64,000 bases of DNA, taken from the NCBI GenBank assembly GCA_024137785.1, contig JAHRHZ010000267.1, forward strand, positions 18,993,664 through 19,057,663, in the 5' to 3' direction. Numbering within the stretch: the first letter of the stretch is position 1; each line of letters begins with the position of its first letter. A program made the position numbers and the translations under genes. The notes below the pieces were generated by a model, which did not search any database, was not told the origin of the DNA, and saw only the letters and a program-made list of their open reading frames with translations. This stretch comes from Ginglymostoma cirratum (Eukaryota). Of the stretch, positions 48,955 through 62,917 are shown piece after piece.

Positions 48955-49830
48955 TGTTATTGGGACTGACGTTTGTGTGTATGTGTCTGTGCGTGTGTGT
49001 GTGCATGTGTGTGTGTCCCCTAGTGGGACTGAGCTCCTTGTGTATTTATGCTAGTGGGACTGGGATACTCATGTCTATGCATTTTTGTGTATGTCTGTAG
49101 CCTAGTGGGACTGGGGTCTGGGGTTCTCAGACATCTTAGCCTGGGTTTGATAGCATTCTGTGAAGATGACAGTTGAAGAACTATTCCCTAGTCACCCTTA
49201 TGTTGTAGGTAAACAAATACTCTAACTCTGAGTGAGAGATGTCAGGTGGCTAACAAACCAGACAAAATGAAAGAATACAACAAAAAAGATCACCCTGAAT
49301 GCTGGAATCATCGTTGAAGAAAATCAGAAGAACAAAATCTCATCCAGCCTGCAAAACTAAGAATATTGAAATTGATGGTTCAGCTACCAACATGATGCTA
49401 CTGGTGATCTCCACTGCATCAGCTGCAATATTCCATGATTTGTTTTCACAAATAATTTAGAGACTGATCTTTTGTTTAAACATTTATCTTTCAACTTTCC
49501 TCCTTTCTAATCTATGTGTATATTGTTGCATTACTAATTCTTCACACATTTAGTAATTAATAAAATTGCTGTTTGTTAGTTTATGATAGACCAGTTAAAT
49601 TGGGTCTTTTTTAAAACATGGGTACATTTGGTCTGGGAGAAAGGCATTTACAAGAGAAGAAATCCATTTTAAATTAAACATGTTGCTTCCAACTGAGCAT
49701 GTAGGTGAATAAAGCAGGAGAGATAGTTCATCTGCCCTCGTTGGGTATAATGATCTTGGGAATTCCATCTGTACAAATCGGAAAACTTCATCCAGGGTCT
49801 GGGTGTAATAAATTGGGAGTTAGTCTGGGC
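48955..49830 (+). mobile_element. Possible LTR relic containing a (TG)n tract and ctagtgggactg repeats
   Basis: Starts tgttattg and has three ctagtgggact units. Ends near gtgtaata-aattgggagttagtctggg, which looks like a decayed tRNA-Pro primer-binding site. Confidence 0.3.
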
Positions 49831-51035
49831 TCTGTGTGTAATGTTATTAAGTCACTATTGAATTTGCTTTTATATGAAGTGAGCTGAAGAGCAGGTGATC
49901 AGGCTAGAAACTGAATCTTGGACTATGATAGACATAATGCCATCTAAGGCACTCATTGTATTACATTGAAAGTGCTGACCCACATTTTAAAAAAATGAAA
50001 ACGCTGTCATTTCAACTTCAGTAGCAAAAGAGAGGAATTTATTCTGCTCTCTGGATTTGGTACTAACAACCAGCCCACGAATGGGACAAATGAGTCAGAT
50101 CCCAACACCCGCCACGTCACTGCCTCACTAAAGCTGTCAGTAATACCTGGTTTAAAAGCCCTTTCTTAATCATTCATTCCTTATCTCTCTTCCAAAACTT
50201 TGGTCACAATTTATCATTCTATGGTGCCTTACAAATTTACAGTCATTTTTGTAGTCTATATGGCATGTTAGCTGAAATATTGTTGTTATTGTTCAATAAT
50301 TTGACTCTTTTTGTGACCTTTCTGATGAGGAGTCAACACAATTTAAGCGAATAATCTGTTTCTCACTTGTATGCAATTCCTGCTTGAGAGTGCATGAAAG
50401 AGATTTGTTCTTAGATCTCTATGCTATAAAGCACCTTTGATCGGTTGCCTGGGGAGAGTCCTCTCTGATTTCCTCTTTATCTCTGTGACAAAATATTTTG
50501 CCTCTACTTGGGGGTTCGCCACATCATCACAGTTGTACTGGTAAACCATATGGGAGATCAGATGGCCAATGGTCCCTTTCCCACCACTGTGCACACAATT
50601 CATTCAATTTCCAAAACAACTGGCTTACGTACTGACTCTTATATTATTTTTTGCTTGTGTTCACACATTGCTGTAATAAACTGTCTCACACATTACATAG
50701 CAGGTGTTTTAATAATTTGAAATGAACACACATTTACAACAAAACTCTACTTAAGGTTTAACATTGTTACTGTATAGTTGAACAAGTTAAGATTTTACTA
50801 AATTGAAGAAGCCTGACAAAGAAGCAAAATAGTTTCTCTTGCTATTTATTCGCAACGTAGTTGTTCTGAAGACGGTGAATCACTGCTTGTTCTATGGGGA
50901 TAGTCACAACTAATGCCCTCTCCAAGTGGCATTTGTATGTGTGAACATTGTTAATGAACATTAACAGGCTTGGCAGCAAGGACTATTTAATTACAACTTC
51001 CCTAGCTTTGGTTTCGCACCCACTCAATACCTACA

Positions 51036-51560
51036 GAATAGAATAGAATAGAAATTTATTGTCAATTGTACTCTTGCATGAAAAATACAGTGAAGAGGTT
51101 TAGAAGTTACCCCAACACTGCACATACATCAATGACAGATGTCATACATAACAATACGAAAAATGTAAAATTAAGACCAAGTTCATCACAGTTCAGTTAA
51201 CGGCTCCTCGGCTCAGGGAAAGCCGACTAAGGAATGATGGACGAGACCACCATTCCAGGACAAGACTGCTTGCCAGACCACTGGAATAACTGGAAGCTGA
51301 AGACAAAGAAGACCAGCATATGGGCTTGAGACCACCATGCCAGGACTGGACCGAAATGCTGGATCGAGACCCAGGAAACTGCCACACTGCGCCAAGACCA
51401 CCACTTTTCCTCCTTTGGGTGACCAGGCCTAGCCGCGGACTTGGAGCCTCGGCCTGGCCTGCGAGCCTGGGAGTCAACCCAGGACCTGCTCCTCACTCAG
51501 TGGGAGACCCTGGGCTGGGGTGGAGCTGTGTCCGGCGCGTCCTGGTATTGCTGCTGCTGG
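51036..51560 (-). mobile_element. Probable LINE 3' UTR (Rex/Babar-like) ending in (AGAAT)n
   Basis: agaatagaatagaatagaaatttattgtca...aatacagtgaa tail with a GC-rich body. Confidence 0.4.
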
Positions 51561-53010
51561 CGACGGGGTTAGTGTGTAATTATTGAAAATTTACAAAAAA
51601 AGATGTGTTCACGGGGAATTGGACACACAATGGAGATATTTGAGGGGTTGGGAGGGGGAGATGCAGGGAGATAAGAAAAGCCTTGAGCCAAATGATGGGT
51701 TTTAAGGAAGAAAGTTGGGAGCTGTGGTAGACGAGAAAGGGAATGTCAAAATATAGAGTCTAGACAACTGAAAGTCCAACTGCAAGTCCAGGGAACTATG
51801 GGAATGGGACATTTGCAAGTGAGCAGATAGAGGGATACAGCATTTAGCAGTAAGTTGCAGGGAATTGACGATTGCAGGGTAGCATTATAGCATCTGATAA
51901 GGGGAAGTACAGATTTAAACACAAGAAACAACATGTGAATTTCTTTAGTAGTGCAGTAATGTTATACTGACAAACATAGTAACCAATTTTAGAAAGCCCC
52001 ATAAATACAAAATGAGCAAATTATGAATGGTCTGAAACGTGCATTGTTTTGAAAGAGGAATCACAACTTAGAGTATTGAAGCACTTATTTATATCTTGGG
52101 ATAGTGCCTTTGTCTGTTCAGCACTGGACAGACATCTCCTGAAAACACTGGATGTTACTGATTTTCTGAACCCAAAAGCACAATAGTGTCAGCCATTTTT
52201 ACGCTGCTATTTGTACAACTTGCCAATCACGGCATTTAGGCTGTTAAATCCTCTTCCTTTTGTGTCAGTGATAAAATCATAGACCCAGCCCCTTGAAACC
52301 TTTCCACTATTCAACCGCATGACCAGAATCAGACATTCTAAATTAACACACAGCCGGAGAAATTGAACCTGACAGAAAATTGGCCAAACTGACCAACAAC
52401 CAACAGAGAACAATGGTAACCAAGATCAAAGAGGCTACAAAGGTTTGAGGGCAATCAGTTACAAGCAGCCTAAGCATTGTTTATTGGAGGAGTCAGACTT
52501 TCTGGCATCTTGATTGCCTGAGTATGTTCATTTTATACCTCTCGGCATGTCAACAGTGAAGTGTGTTGGTATGACCCCATTGGATGATTTGGAGCCAGCT
52601 CATGGCCCTATTGGCCAAAGGCCACAGAACATTTTGGAATATCCAGTGTGAGGGAGCGAAAAAGACATACCTGGAAGCCACCCCCACAGCGAAGTCTCGC
52701 AGAAAGACTTGTGGCAGAAAACCATGTGGCAACCCAAGAAGACCCAGGAGAAGATTTTCCCTGACCTACGAGATCCACCTTTGTGAAAGAGAGCTGGCCA
52801 TTCATCAGAGAGGGAGGAGATTCCAATGGCCCAGCTCAAATACATGGATCTTTAGAGTAATATCCTTTTTCATATGGTGAGACTAAATAAAAGTATATAT
52901 TGTGGGATTTTGGGAATTGGCCACACAAAGTTTTTAATAAGTAATATTTTGTTAATAAAATCAAGCTGAATCCCAAACAAACTTCTGCATTCCTTTGTCT
53001 GCCCACAGTA

Positions 53011-53104
53011 CTGAAGAAGGGTCTAGACCCGAAACGTCAGCTTTCTTGCTCCTTTGATGTTGCTTGGCCTGCTGTGTTCATCCAGCTCTACACCTTGTTA
53101 TCTC
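53011..53104 (+). mobile_element. Solo PLE family A tail beginning at the hammerhead core (copy 6)
   Basis: CTGAAGA (53011-17), A, GGGTC-TA-GACCC, GAAA, CGTC, followed by the family A tail ...catccagctctacaccttgttatctc. Confidence 0.8.
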
Positions 53105-53789
53105 GCCTTTTCATTACCCTTTGTCCATAGCACATGTTACATTCCCAAGGAATACCAAAAAAACGGTTAAACATGATTTTATTTTCACAAAACTACTGTG
53201 ACTGTCTGATTATCTTGAATTTGTCCTACAAAGTCCTTGAATAACTTCTAACGTTTTCTGCATGATAGATGTTAAGCCAATTATTGGATAGTTTCCTGTT
53301 TTCTGTCTCCTTCCTCCTTTTTGAGTGAAGCAGTTACACTTATTATTTTATGGATTTTTGGAATTATGACTGGGCTAGCAGCAAAAATGCTAGAATAATT
53401 GTCTCCCAGTATTTGATCAAAACAAATGCAAGAATAGCGGCTGTTTGAATACAGCATGTCAAATGCTGCTTGGTTGACATCAGCTAACCAGGCAGTGATC
53501 AAAGATCAAACCTGGACTGTAAAGCATTCTATATCATAGACTAGGTCTAGGAGGAGTGGTTGAAGCATGTTGCTATTTCTTTCCTGCATTTATTTTTAAT
53601 TTATGCTTTTGGTCTCCGAGTGAACCAGAAGGAAAGGCAAATTGGCTATGAAAAATTGAACATGCACATGCTCAGGGTAATTGTGGAGTGATGACATCAA
53701 CTGATTATAGGCAAAACCTCTTCTGCTTTATTTACTTTTCCATTGACTTGGGCATCACTGGTTGTCCATTTCTAAATGCCTTTGATATT

Positions 53790-54700
53790 GATAGCAAACT
53801 GTTATCTTGAGGTACTGAAATCCATCTTTTGTAGGTACACGTACAGTACTGTTAGGAGGGAATTTCCCTGGATTTGACACCGTGACCATAAAGGAATCAT
53901 GATATTGGATTACAGGGGCTTGGACGTAACTTGCTGGCAGTGGCATTTCCATGCATCTGCCAGTTTTGGCTGGCAGAGGTTATGTGTTTGAAAAGTGCCG
54001 TCAAAGAAGTCTGTGTATTTAAACATTCCATTAAGTGTGAAGTATTTCAAACTATGTATGCTTGCTTCCTGTAGATTTTCTAGATTGCACACCCAGTCAC
54101 CACTGTGCACTGTTGACGGAATGAGTAAATGTTGATGGTGGTGGATGGGAACCAATCAAGTGAGCTGTTTTGTCCTGGATGGTGTCTAGCTTTTTTGGTG
54201 TTGTTTGAGTTTCAATCCTCTTTCGATATCAAGCGGAGAATATTTTATCACAATCCTGAACTTCTGCCTTGTAGGTGGTAGAAAGTCTTTGGGCTTCAGG
54301 AAACAATGGTAATGCCATTGATGGTTAGATTATCTTTTGTTGGAGATGACCCATGCTTGCTACTTATGTCGAGCAAATCATATTTGCCACTTGGCAGCTC
54401 AGGTCTGCACGTTGCCCAGGTTTTGCTGCATGCAGATGCAGACTACTTCAGTATCTGAGGAATCATGAAAGATATGGAACATTGTGCATTTATCAGTGAA
54501 CATCCACACTTCTGATACTTGTGACACAGGCAAGGTCAATGATGAAGCAGCTGAAGGTGGGTGTGCCTTGGACTAAACTCTATGGAACTCCTGCAGTGAC
54601 GCATTGGGACTGAAATAATTGATCTCCACCAATTACATCATTTTCCTCTGTGCTTGGCATGACACCAAACAACGGGAAGTTTTCCCTTGACTCCAACACG
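53790..54700 (-). mobile_element. CR1-group LINE relic (same subfamily as 34550-34930)
   Basis: cacagtactgttaggagggaatttccctggatttgac, ccactgtgcactg...ccaatcaagtgagctgttttgtcctggatggtgtc, ggtcaatgatgaagcagctgaag (RT relic). Confidence 0.6.
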
Positions 54701-57021
54701 GGCTTGAGGCGTATATGTAATGAATTCATGGTGTGGTGTTCATTAAACAAAAAATGTACCTTTCTGCTTCTTTTAGTGCAGTGCTTTAATAATGCAATGA
54801 TGGATAGGTAACAAATTCCGAACCCAGAAAGAAAATGGCCATACCCTGTAGGTTTTAATTCATTAAAGGAACAATAACTTTTGATGTTCAACACATTTCT
54901 TGCTGGAAATATTGGAAGATGCTTCAGCTGTTAATCCTACAATATTCTGCTGACTGATGGTAATTGATAACAAAGAGCTGTTTCAAAATGCTTGCACATT
55001 TGATTTCCCAGACAGTCATAATAGTCTCACCTAACAAATTAGTAAAACCTTTATGCATATTGACATGAGTTTCTTCTATTTTTGACTGAATACTTACTCA
55101 ACATGGGTGAAAAAAGCACATTTGTTGAAGAAGGTTTTAGTTTAAAGCTTTATTCTTCTAAGCTATCCATTATAAAATTATGGCTCAAAACAATTTGCGT
55201 TATATTAGTGATAAGATTAGTATTTTTAAAGGTGAGAATTATAGGCAGTTTCATGCTTCTTGTGTATTGCCTAGTGATGCTTTGAGTGTAAAATAATTTC
55301 CCATGTTATGAGACTACACAAAAGGGTTCTTGACAAGGACTATACACTGTGGCAATTGTCCTGTCGTAAGATCAATTCTTCACTCAAGTGAGTGAACATT
55401 AACAGGCTTTATTCAGCATAATTATTTACAATAGGTGGTAAGAGAGGATGTCATGAGAACGCTACAGACTCTGGTTCCAGTTCTATGTGATTTAACATCA
55501 CATGGCTCCTAACATATATGTTCAACGATTATTTCTAGAGTAAGGCTATAGTTAATTCTTTATTCCACATATCATCCTCACTTTGAGGCACTATCAGGAG
55601 AAAAAAGAAAACTGAAGAAGGTTCTTACAGTTTAACATAACAGAAGGTAGACCTTGAATTTTAACAACCTATGTACTGCATGCTTAAACATTCCATTAAG
55701 TGTGCAATATTTTAAGAAATGTGTACTATATTTTGACGTTTTAGAAATTTCAGACTTTTCAGACCCAAAAGTCTGCGCTTTAATGCCCATATTTCCTCTT
55801 AGCATTGCAGTACTATTGAAATTGAACAGATTTATGTCTGGTGTATGTAATTACATAGAAAGGTAATGCTTCACAAGGGCAAGACAAATGGCTGTAAATG
55901 CACTGTTGTTCAATATAGTAAATTATCTATTAGTACATTGAGAGCAAATTGTAACAAATAAAAATGTGACTTTTCACAACTTTACTACAACACCATTTAA
56001 TACTTTTACATTTGAGTGTTGTTTTGATTGGAAGCAGCGTCCTAACAGTCTGGCTTATCAGTTTTTTTCAAAATCAACATGTATATTGTGGGCATTCCTC
56101 TACACAGTTAGGCTCCCCACATGACTAAATCTGCGTTTATATGTTGTGCTATGCATTGCCAACCAGTCAGGATTGCCCTGGGGCTCCCAGCAATTAAAGA
56201 TTAATGTCCTGGACACTGCTGTTAGCAACCAGAAAGGAAAATTGCAGGAACATTAAAAAGCAGTTTTATTTTATTTCCTTTGAACATTGCTCTTTGTTCA
56301 TTATAGAATGGGGGAGCAGAGAGAGCTAATGGCTCAGTTTAGCTAAACATTTAGCATGTGAGATAGTTGCATGCCAAAAATGTGAAGGCTAATCCCCATT
56401 TTTGCTGAGGGAGATGTGGTCCCTGCCCCTCACGCTATCTGTGATAAAAAAGAATGGCAAGTTATTGTGGATTGGTGAATGATTGTCAGTGAACTGAAGA
56501 AGAAATTATAAAATCTTGTTAGTGGGGTATGGATGTTTGACGAGAGGCTGAGATCATATAGTGAATCCTAAAGGCATATGTCCAAGTAGAGTTGGCTCCA
56601 TGTTTGTGGCAATAGAACTGAACATCTGAATCTCATACAGTCAACTAAACTCCAAGACTGTATTGGCTTGGCCACAAAATTATACACCTTGGCACAGCTG
56701 GTTTTGGTGTCATTATGAATTTTAAAATTACCATTCCTCCACCTCCATCAACATCTAGCACAGTCTGAACTAATCACCATGTATGACAGGTTACAGTATG
56801 GCTGTCAAGTGCAGCTCACTGATATTTTATGAAGATTGTGCTTGTTAGCTTGTATGTTCGGCAGGGTATTTGTATCTGATTAGGAATACTTATGCTAGCT
56901 TCCTGAACATAAGGAGTAGATGTGTGTAATGTAACGTTGAATGGTTCAATAGACCTTTCAATATTACAGCTCCTGATATGTACATGTATTGCAGTCACAG
57001 ATTCATCAACATCTGGGCTAA

Positions 57022-57605
57022 TATAGAACATTGAACTGTACTGCACAGGACAGGCCCTTTGACCCATCATGTCTGCACTAACCATGATGCCATTCTATAC
57101 TATTCCCAACTGCCTGCACATGCTCCATATTCTTCTATTGCTTGCCTGTTCACATATCTGTCTGAATGCCTCTTAAATGCTGCTATCATATCTGCTTCTA
57201 CCAGCTCCCCCAGCAGCGCATTTCAGGCACCCACCGCTACCTTTATCCAAAAACTTGCCTAGCACATTTCCTTTAAACTTTATCCGTCTCACCTGAAACT
57301 TATGCCCCTTAGTACTTGACATTTCCAACCTTGGAAAAAGACTCAAAATATTCACCCTATCCATGCCTCACATAATCTTATATACTTCTATCAGGTCGCC
57401 CCCTCAGCCTTCAACGCGCTGGCAGAAATGATCCATGTTTGTCCAACATCTCCTTATGGCTAACACACACCAATCCAAAAAACATCCTGGTAAACATCTT
57501 TTGCATCCTCTCCAAAGCCTCCATATCATCCCTATTGTGTTTCAAACAGAACTGCACACAATACTCCAAATGTGGCCTAACTGAATTTTCATACAGCTAT
57601 AACAT
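57022..57605 (-). mobile_element. CR1 LINE 3' fragment
   Basis: Minus ORF MDRVNILSLFPRLEMSSTKGHKFQVR; tail atagaacattgaactgtactgcacagg. Confidence 0.85.
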
Positions 57606-57967
57606 TAAGCTGCCTAGTTAAAAACAGAGCATGCTTCCATCAGCGTGTCATGTTTTAAGTGGATCCAATTAAGATGAAATCTGAGACCTTTGTAACCTCT
57701 CGTCACATGCTATAAAGCGATGATAATACCACAAGCATGTCTATTAAAGCTATACTGCTTACTAGTTGTGATACCCAATGTAATATTTCCATCATCATCA
57801 TGATTTTGATGCTTGACTTGCCAATTTAGCTCTCACATTTCTTTTCCTGGCCCATTTGTGAACAAACACAACTAAAGAAAGAAACAGCAAAGTGTGCAAA
57901 TGATGTGGAGAGGGGCAAAGAGAGGACCCTCAATAGAAGACCTTAGCCCAATAACAATTCTCCTACA

Positions 57968-58110
57968 AAGAACTACAGATGCTGGAAATCTGAAACAAAA
58001 AGAAATAGCTGGACAGAAAGCAGAATCAGTTCTTCAGAACTCGAAACATTAACTCTGCTATCTCTCCACAGATGCTGCCTGCCTTGCTGAGATTCTCCAA
58101 ATATCTCAGT
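57968..58110. mobile_element. Collapsed PLE family B inverted tail relic
   Basis: aagaactacagatgctggaaatctgaaac (minus tail) joined to gaaacattaactctgctatctctccacagatgctgcc (plus tail). Confidence 0.55.
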
Positions 58111-60524
58111 TATTGTAACATTCTCTTACCCCACCTCTTCCAGGAACCATACTAGGGATGGCCACCATTCATCAAGATGGTGATTAATGAACTATGATGT
58201 TTCCTCCAAGCAGACATGCACTGCAGAGCAAGGTGAAAACAGCACTGCTATCAAAGAATCCATCACCCTCAATTTTTACAAATCATGGTTCTTCTAGTTT
58301 GGAACAAATGATATCACCATCATTTTTCTGTTAAACATTCATTGCTACCTCAGGATAAAGGGCTTTACTGACTTTTCTCTAAACATGATCTTTGACAAGG
58401 TTTTGGGCTTCCCCATGATACGGGAAACTATTAACTGCTTGAACAGGTCTCTGAGGCATGAGTGGAGGTTAGAACGGAGGCCTTACAGGAAGTAAAGTGT
58501 GAGAAAGTGTCGTCAGGTTAATTGTGAAGTCTCTTTTAAACTGAAAAAAACTGAAATCATCCTCCTTGGTTGTTTACTGTAATTTCACCAAACTCTCCAG
58601 CTAAATGTGTTGATACGTAAAGTTGGTATTCTACTTCACACAACACTGAGTTTTACATCCCATAACCAGTCCAACTGCCCCACAATTAGTATCAAATATC
58701 TTTTTGTGTTTCCATCACAGTGAAGTGTTAGTTTTAATGATGCATACAGTTCGTGGAGCATGCTTTATCTCATAAAATTAATACTTAAAAGTTAATGTAC
58801 TAGTATTATATGTACTGCTCATTGGGTAAACGTACCGAGCCAGTCAAAAGTTCATCATTTATGTTTATCATGTCAATATTTCAACAAGCAGTATTTTGTC
58901 ACAAACAATAGACAGCCATTTGATATTGTAAAGGTCTCAAACGTAAGATTATTAAGTCTATTGCCTCAAAGTGTATTTCCCTTTATATATTTTCCATTGT
59001 ACTTGTAAACATATTCCATGGTGCCTTAATGAATGTACTGCTACAATGTCTGAATTACTCATCTGATTTTCTTTTCTGTCTCACCTCAAATGAACCTGCA
59101 TTACATGCAACATAATATTTATGGCACCTGCACAATATGTTGTACATGCTTTCTGCATAATCTTGCCAATAACATTCTCCACAGGAATGCATAATTCTTC
59201 AAAGCCCTGCACAATTCTACTTATAACACTTTGACAGAGCTCCAAAAACACCTGCTTTAACGCAATGCATTTTATACTACTGAGGTGTAGTGGCATAGCG
59301 GTAATGTCCCTGGCAAGTAACCTGGAGGGCCAGGTTAATACATTGGGATATTAGAACTAATTAAAGTTAAATTTAAATGATATTTCTGTCTTTTTTTTCG
59401 GAGGAGGAAGTAGAACACCAATATGGAAAATTGATCTCAAAACATTTACATTTTTTGAAAGAACTCAAAAAAGCCATTTCAAATGAATATAATTTATTTT
59501 GATTCACTCCCTCAGCCATTTTTAAAACTCCCTATCAACAAAAAAAACTGTATAAAATCGCATTAAATTTACATAGCCATGACCAGAACTTCCTTGCCAA
59601 CCATCTCTCACTGCGGAAAGGAATCGAGCCTACCATTAGCACTTATGGTCCTTTTCAATTAGGATTCATTACTGTATGGGGAACTACAAGAACTTGTGTT
59701 CTGTTTCATCAGCTATGATCAAGCAGCGATTCAGATCTCTTGTTTTGGTTTTCACAGTCCACCGCTTCCATATGATAGCAGGCCTTTTGTAGTGCCAGAT
59801 GAAAAAGTTACTAGCATTCTGTGCTTGCTCTGATCTGAAAATTTGAAGTGTAGGATTCATCAAAAGTGGACAGTTTGTCTGCTTCATATCAAATCATGTT
59901 ATCAACGGTCAAAATATGGCACACCTCCTGTTAATATCTTTCCACCGATCTGAGTTTGTGAGCAGGAAATTGTATCTCAGCATATTTGTGGTACAGCAAG
60001 CTGTTTAAAATCATGCTTGCTGCAATAATTGTGGTAAAGTCCACTTCTGGCATTACTTTGTTGGTGATTAGATGTACAGGAGTGTCAACAAACTCCACAG
60101 GACACAGCACTGAATTAGAATAGCCAAAATGCTGGAAATACAGTGGGTAACATGCACCACAGTATATGAAAACCTGATTGGATGGGATATAACATGCAGT
60201 GCTGGCGAAATGGGAAAGAATTTGGAAAGTGATAACACGTTCAAGGGCTTTGAAGAGGAAAGGGAGATTGAATGTCACGTTGGAATGTACAAGGATGTTG
60301 AGGTCAAGTCTTTGTCTTTTGAAGAGGATATGATAATGACAGGTACTGGACAACAAAAGCACCTGATACAGAATTGTTTACAGTATTGGCAAACATAGGA
60401 CCAGCAGGGAAAGCTGAACGGTCACGAATTTAATGGGAATAGATTGAAAGAGCAAGATTTGTGTCTCATGATAAAGATAAGCAATGAGAGGGTATCGGGA
60501 AAGATAAGAGAGAAAGCAAAATAA

Positions 60525-60662
60525 AATAAAAACAGAAAGAACTACGGATGCTGTAAATTAAGAACAAAAACAAAGTTGCCGGAAAAACCCAGTAGGTCTG
60601 GCAGCATTTGTGAAGGTAAAAACAGAGTTAACATTTCAGATCCAGTGACCCTTCCTCAGAAG
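60525..60662 (-). mobile_element. Solo PLE family B tail with decayed hammerhead motif (60630-60659)
   Basis: Minus strand CTGAGGA-A-GGGTC-ACTG-GATCT-GAAA-TGTT-aactctg. Confidence 0.7.
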
Positions 60663-61169
60663 CAAAATAACATGCTCATTAAGGATTATGGCAGATTTTT
60701 TTGAATCTGTGTCCCTTAGACTAAAGGAAATGAAGGCAAGGGCCATTCCAGGTGCAATAGTTTTCCTCAGAACTAGGATATCAAACTTAGAGGCCAGAGT
60801 TTGGTTCATTAAATTAGTAGTGTAGCGGCAGAAATGTTGAGGCAAAAAGATGGCCAAAGGCTGGGCAATTGGGACGTTGAACATGTGGTTCAAAATGAGT
60901 TAGGATAGTTTATTACAGGGAGTGAGACAGAATATGGTGGATTCTGGACTTGGAAGAGGGGATGTGGTTGGAGTGTGTCCTAAGGACATATTCAGAGATG
61001 GCCTTAAATACATTGGTACAATGGGACAAGCAAGATTATGTAAGGAGGCTTGGCGATGTGTTGGTCATGATATTGGGTTGAGAAGTTACATGAAGACAGA
61101 GATTCACAGACATCAAGAAATAAATGAACTCTAGAGAAGAGAAAATGTGATGAATTGAGATTTTTGTTT

Positions 61170-61509
61170 TCCTTTATTCATTAATGGATTGAGGACATCG
61201 CTGGCTAGACAGCATTTATTGTCCAGACCTAATTGCCCAGAGGGCAATTCAGAGTCAACCACATTGCTGTGGGTCTGGAGTCACATGTAGGCCAGACCAG
61301 GTAAGAATGGTCCCTAAAGGACATTAGTGAACCAGGTGGGTTTTTCCTGACAATTGATTCATTGTCATCATTAGACTCTTAATTCCAGATAGTTATTGAA
61401 TTCAAATTCCACCATCTGCTGTGGCAGGTTTTGAACCCAAGTCCCCAGAATATTATCTGGGTCTCTGGATTAACGGTCTAGCGATAATACCACTAGACCA
61501 TCACCTCCC
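61170..61509 (-). mobile_element. tRNA-derived SINE, near full length
   Basis: Minus head gggaggtgatggtctagtggt (A box) ... gggttcaaaacc (B box). Decayed heads of the same family lie at about 40400-40495 and 59283-59360. Confidence 0.75.
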
Positions 61510-62917
61510 CTTGAGATGAGGATTGAAATCGCAAGAATGAGAACACACTCAAGAATAAAGATTTCATGATGCTTTTTTTGAAAAAAAAAGTCAGTGGAGA
61601 ATGCTGATTTTGAGAGAGAGGCTAAGGAGGGTGAAATAAGGTAACATGCACGAAGGAGGAAAATGGACCAGAGGTGAAAGGGGACAAACCAAAAAGTGAT
61701 CTGGTGTTAGGGATCCCATTGCCACTGTGTTGTATGTAGAGGAGCAAGTGTTAGAAATATAGCCAGACAAGAAGGCTTTATTATGTGGCAAGTTGGCATC
61801 AGGGCTCAACCAGGTGCTGTTGGTGCAATCATCCATATTAATTTAACAAATAGTAAAGGCCTTTTTCAGAAGTGGAGGGAGAGAGAGGATTATTGGAAAC
61901 CGATCTGTTGAGAGAGTTCACAGTGTCAGTAATGGGAGGAAGAAAATTTGCAAGGTGCTCCCACTGGGACCACTGTGTGGAAGAACTGATGAGAGATTGT
62001 GATAGGGCAAATAGGTTACTTCTTGTAATCACAAAACACCAGGTTATAGTCCAACAGGTTTATTTGAAAATGCAAGCTTTCAGGGCCTTACTCCTCCAAA
62101 AGCTTGTCCATCCCAGTCCAACACTGACACCTTCACATCATGATTTCGTGCAATGCCTGTATTGGAAGCTTTGGTGCACACATTAGAAGATGAGAAGCAT
62201 TGAGACAACTGTAGATTTTGTTCATCAGGGCTTATGCCTGTGATGAAGGGAAGAAGACAAGAATATCGCTAAATTCTGAATAGTTGAGGTAAAGAATTGG
62301 AAAGGCTGCGTACCTTAGAGAAGAAGTGAAAGGATACAGAACTATCAAATAGAGGGGACAAGGAGAGGGAAAGAAAATAAATAGCTTGTTAAATCCTGAT
62401 TAAACCACAATCTGTGTAAACAACACCAGAGAGCTCCTTTCAAATTTGAACAAATACCTCCATTTGTCTGCTGTGAAACCATTACAGCCTCAGCCTGGAG
62501 GTATGAAATTTCAAAGTATTATGTGACACTGAGCTCAGCTTTATCTGTCCTAGTAACCAAGGTTGTTACCTGATCAGTCAACAAGTAATCAATTATTTCT
62601 GTTTATGCCTCATTCTCCGAAAATAACTCTTTTCCTTTCACAGTTGGTCTTCTCTAATATTTATTGTTCTAATCTTGCACTTTTGTTATTCACTGATTCC
62701 AAAAGCTTGATTACTGGGGCTTTAATTGAGCTGAAACAATTGGGTGGAAAAAATAGTGACAAAGTCAAGTGTCCAAACATTTGCCTCTGTTCCTGGGATC
62801 AGAAATTTTCCCAAGGGCAGGTGGAATGTGGGCCTGAAAACTCACTGGTATTCCTAAACAGGACAATTAATCTCATTGAGGGTGAAGCAAGTTTTTTTTT
62901 TAAAATGAGGGTGGTAT

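Larger units (their letters stand above)
60100..62010 (-). mobile_element. L2-clade LINE relic interrupted by younger insertions
   Basis: Minus-strand NLPFLFKALERVITFQILSHF (RT N-terminus) and endonuclease-like segments further right. Confidence 0.55.

Noticed and set aside
49019-49115. Three ctagtgggact repeats with variable spacers, superficially CRISPR-like
   Set aside because: Eukaryotic context, 11-bp units, TG-rich related spacers and no cas genes; these are internal repeats of an LTR-like relic.
52260-53008. Possible solo LTR (similar candidates at about 30990-31280, 33960-34340 and 55300-55510)
   Set aside because: Only generic features such as AATAAA and TG..CA ends; no second copy, PBS/PPT or TSD was identified.
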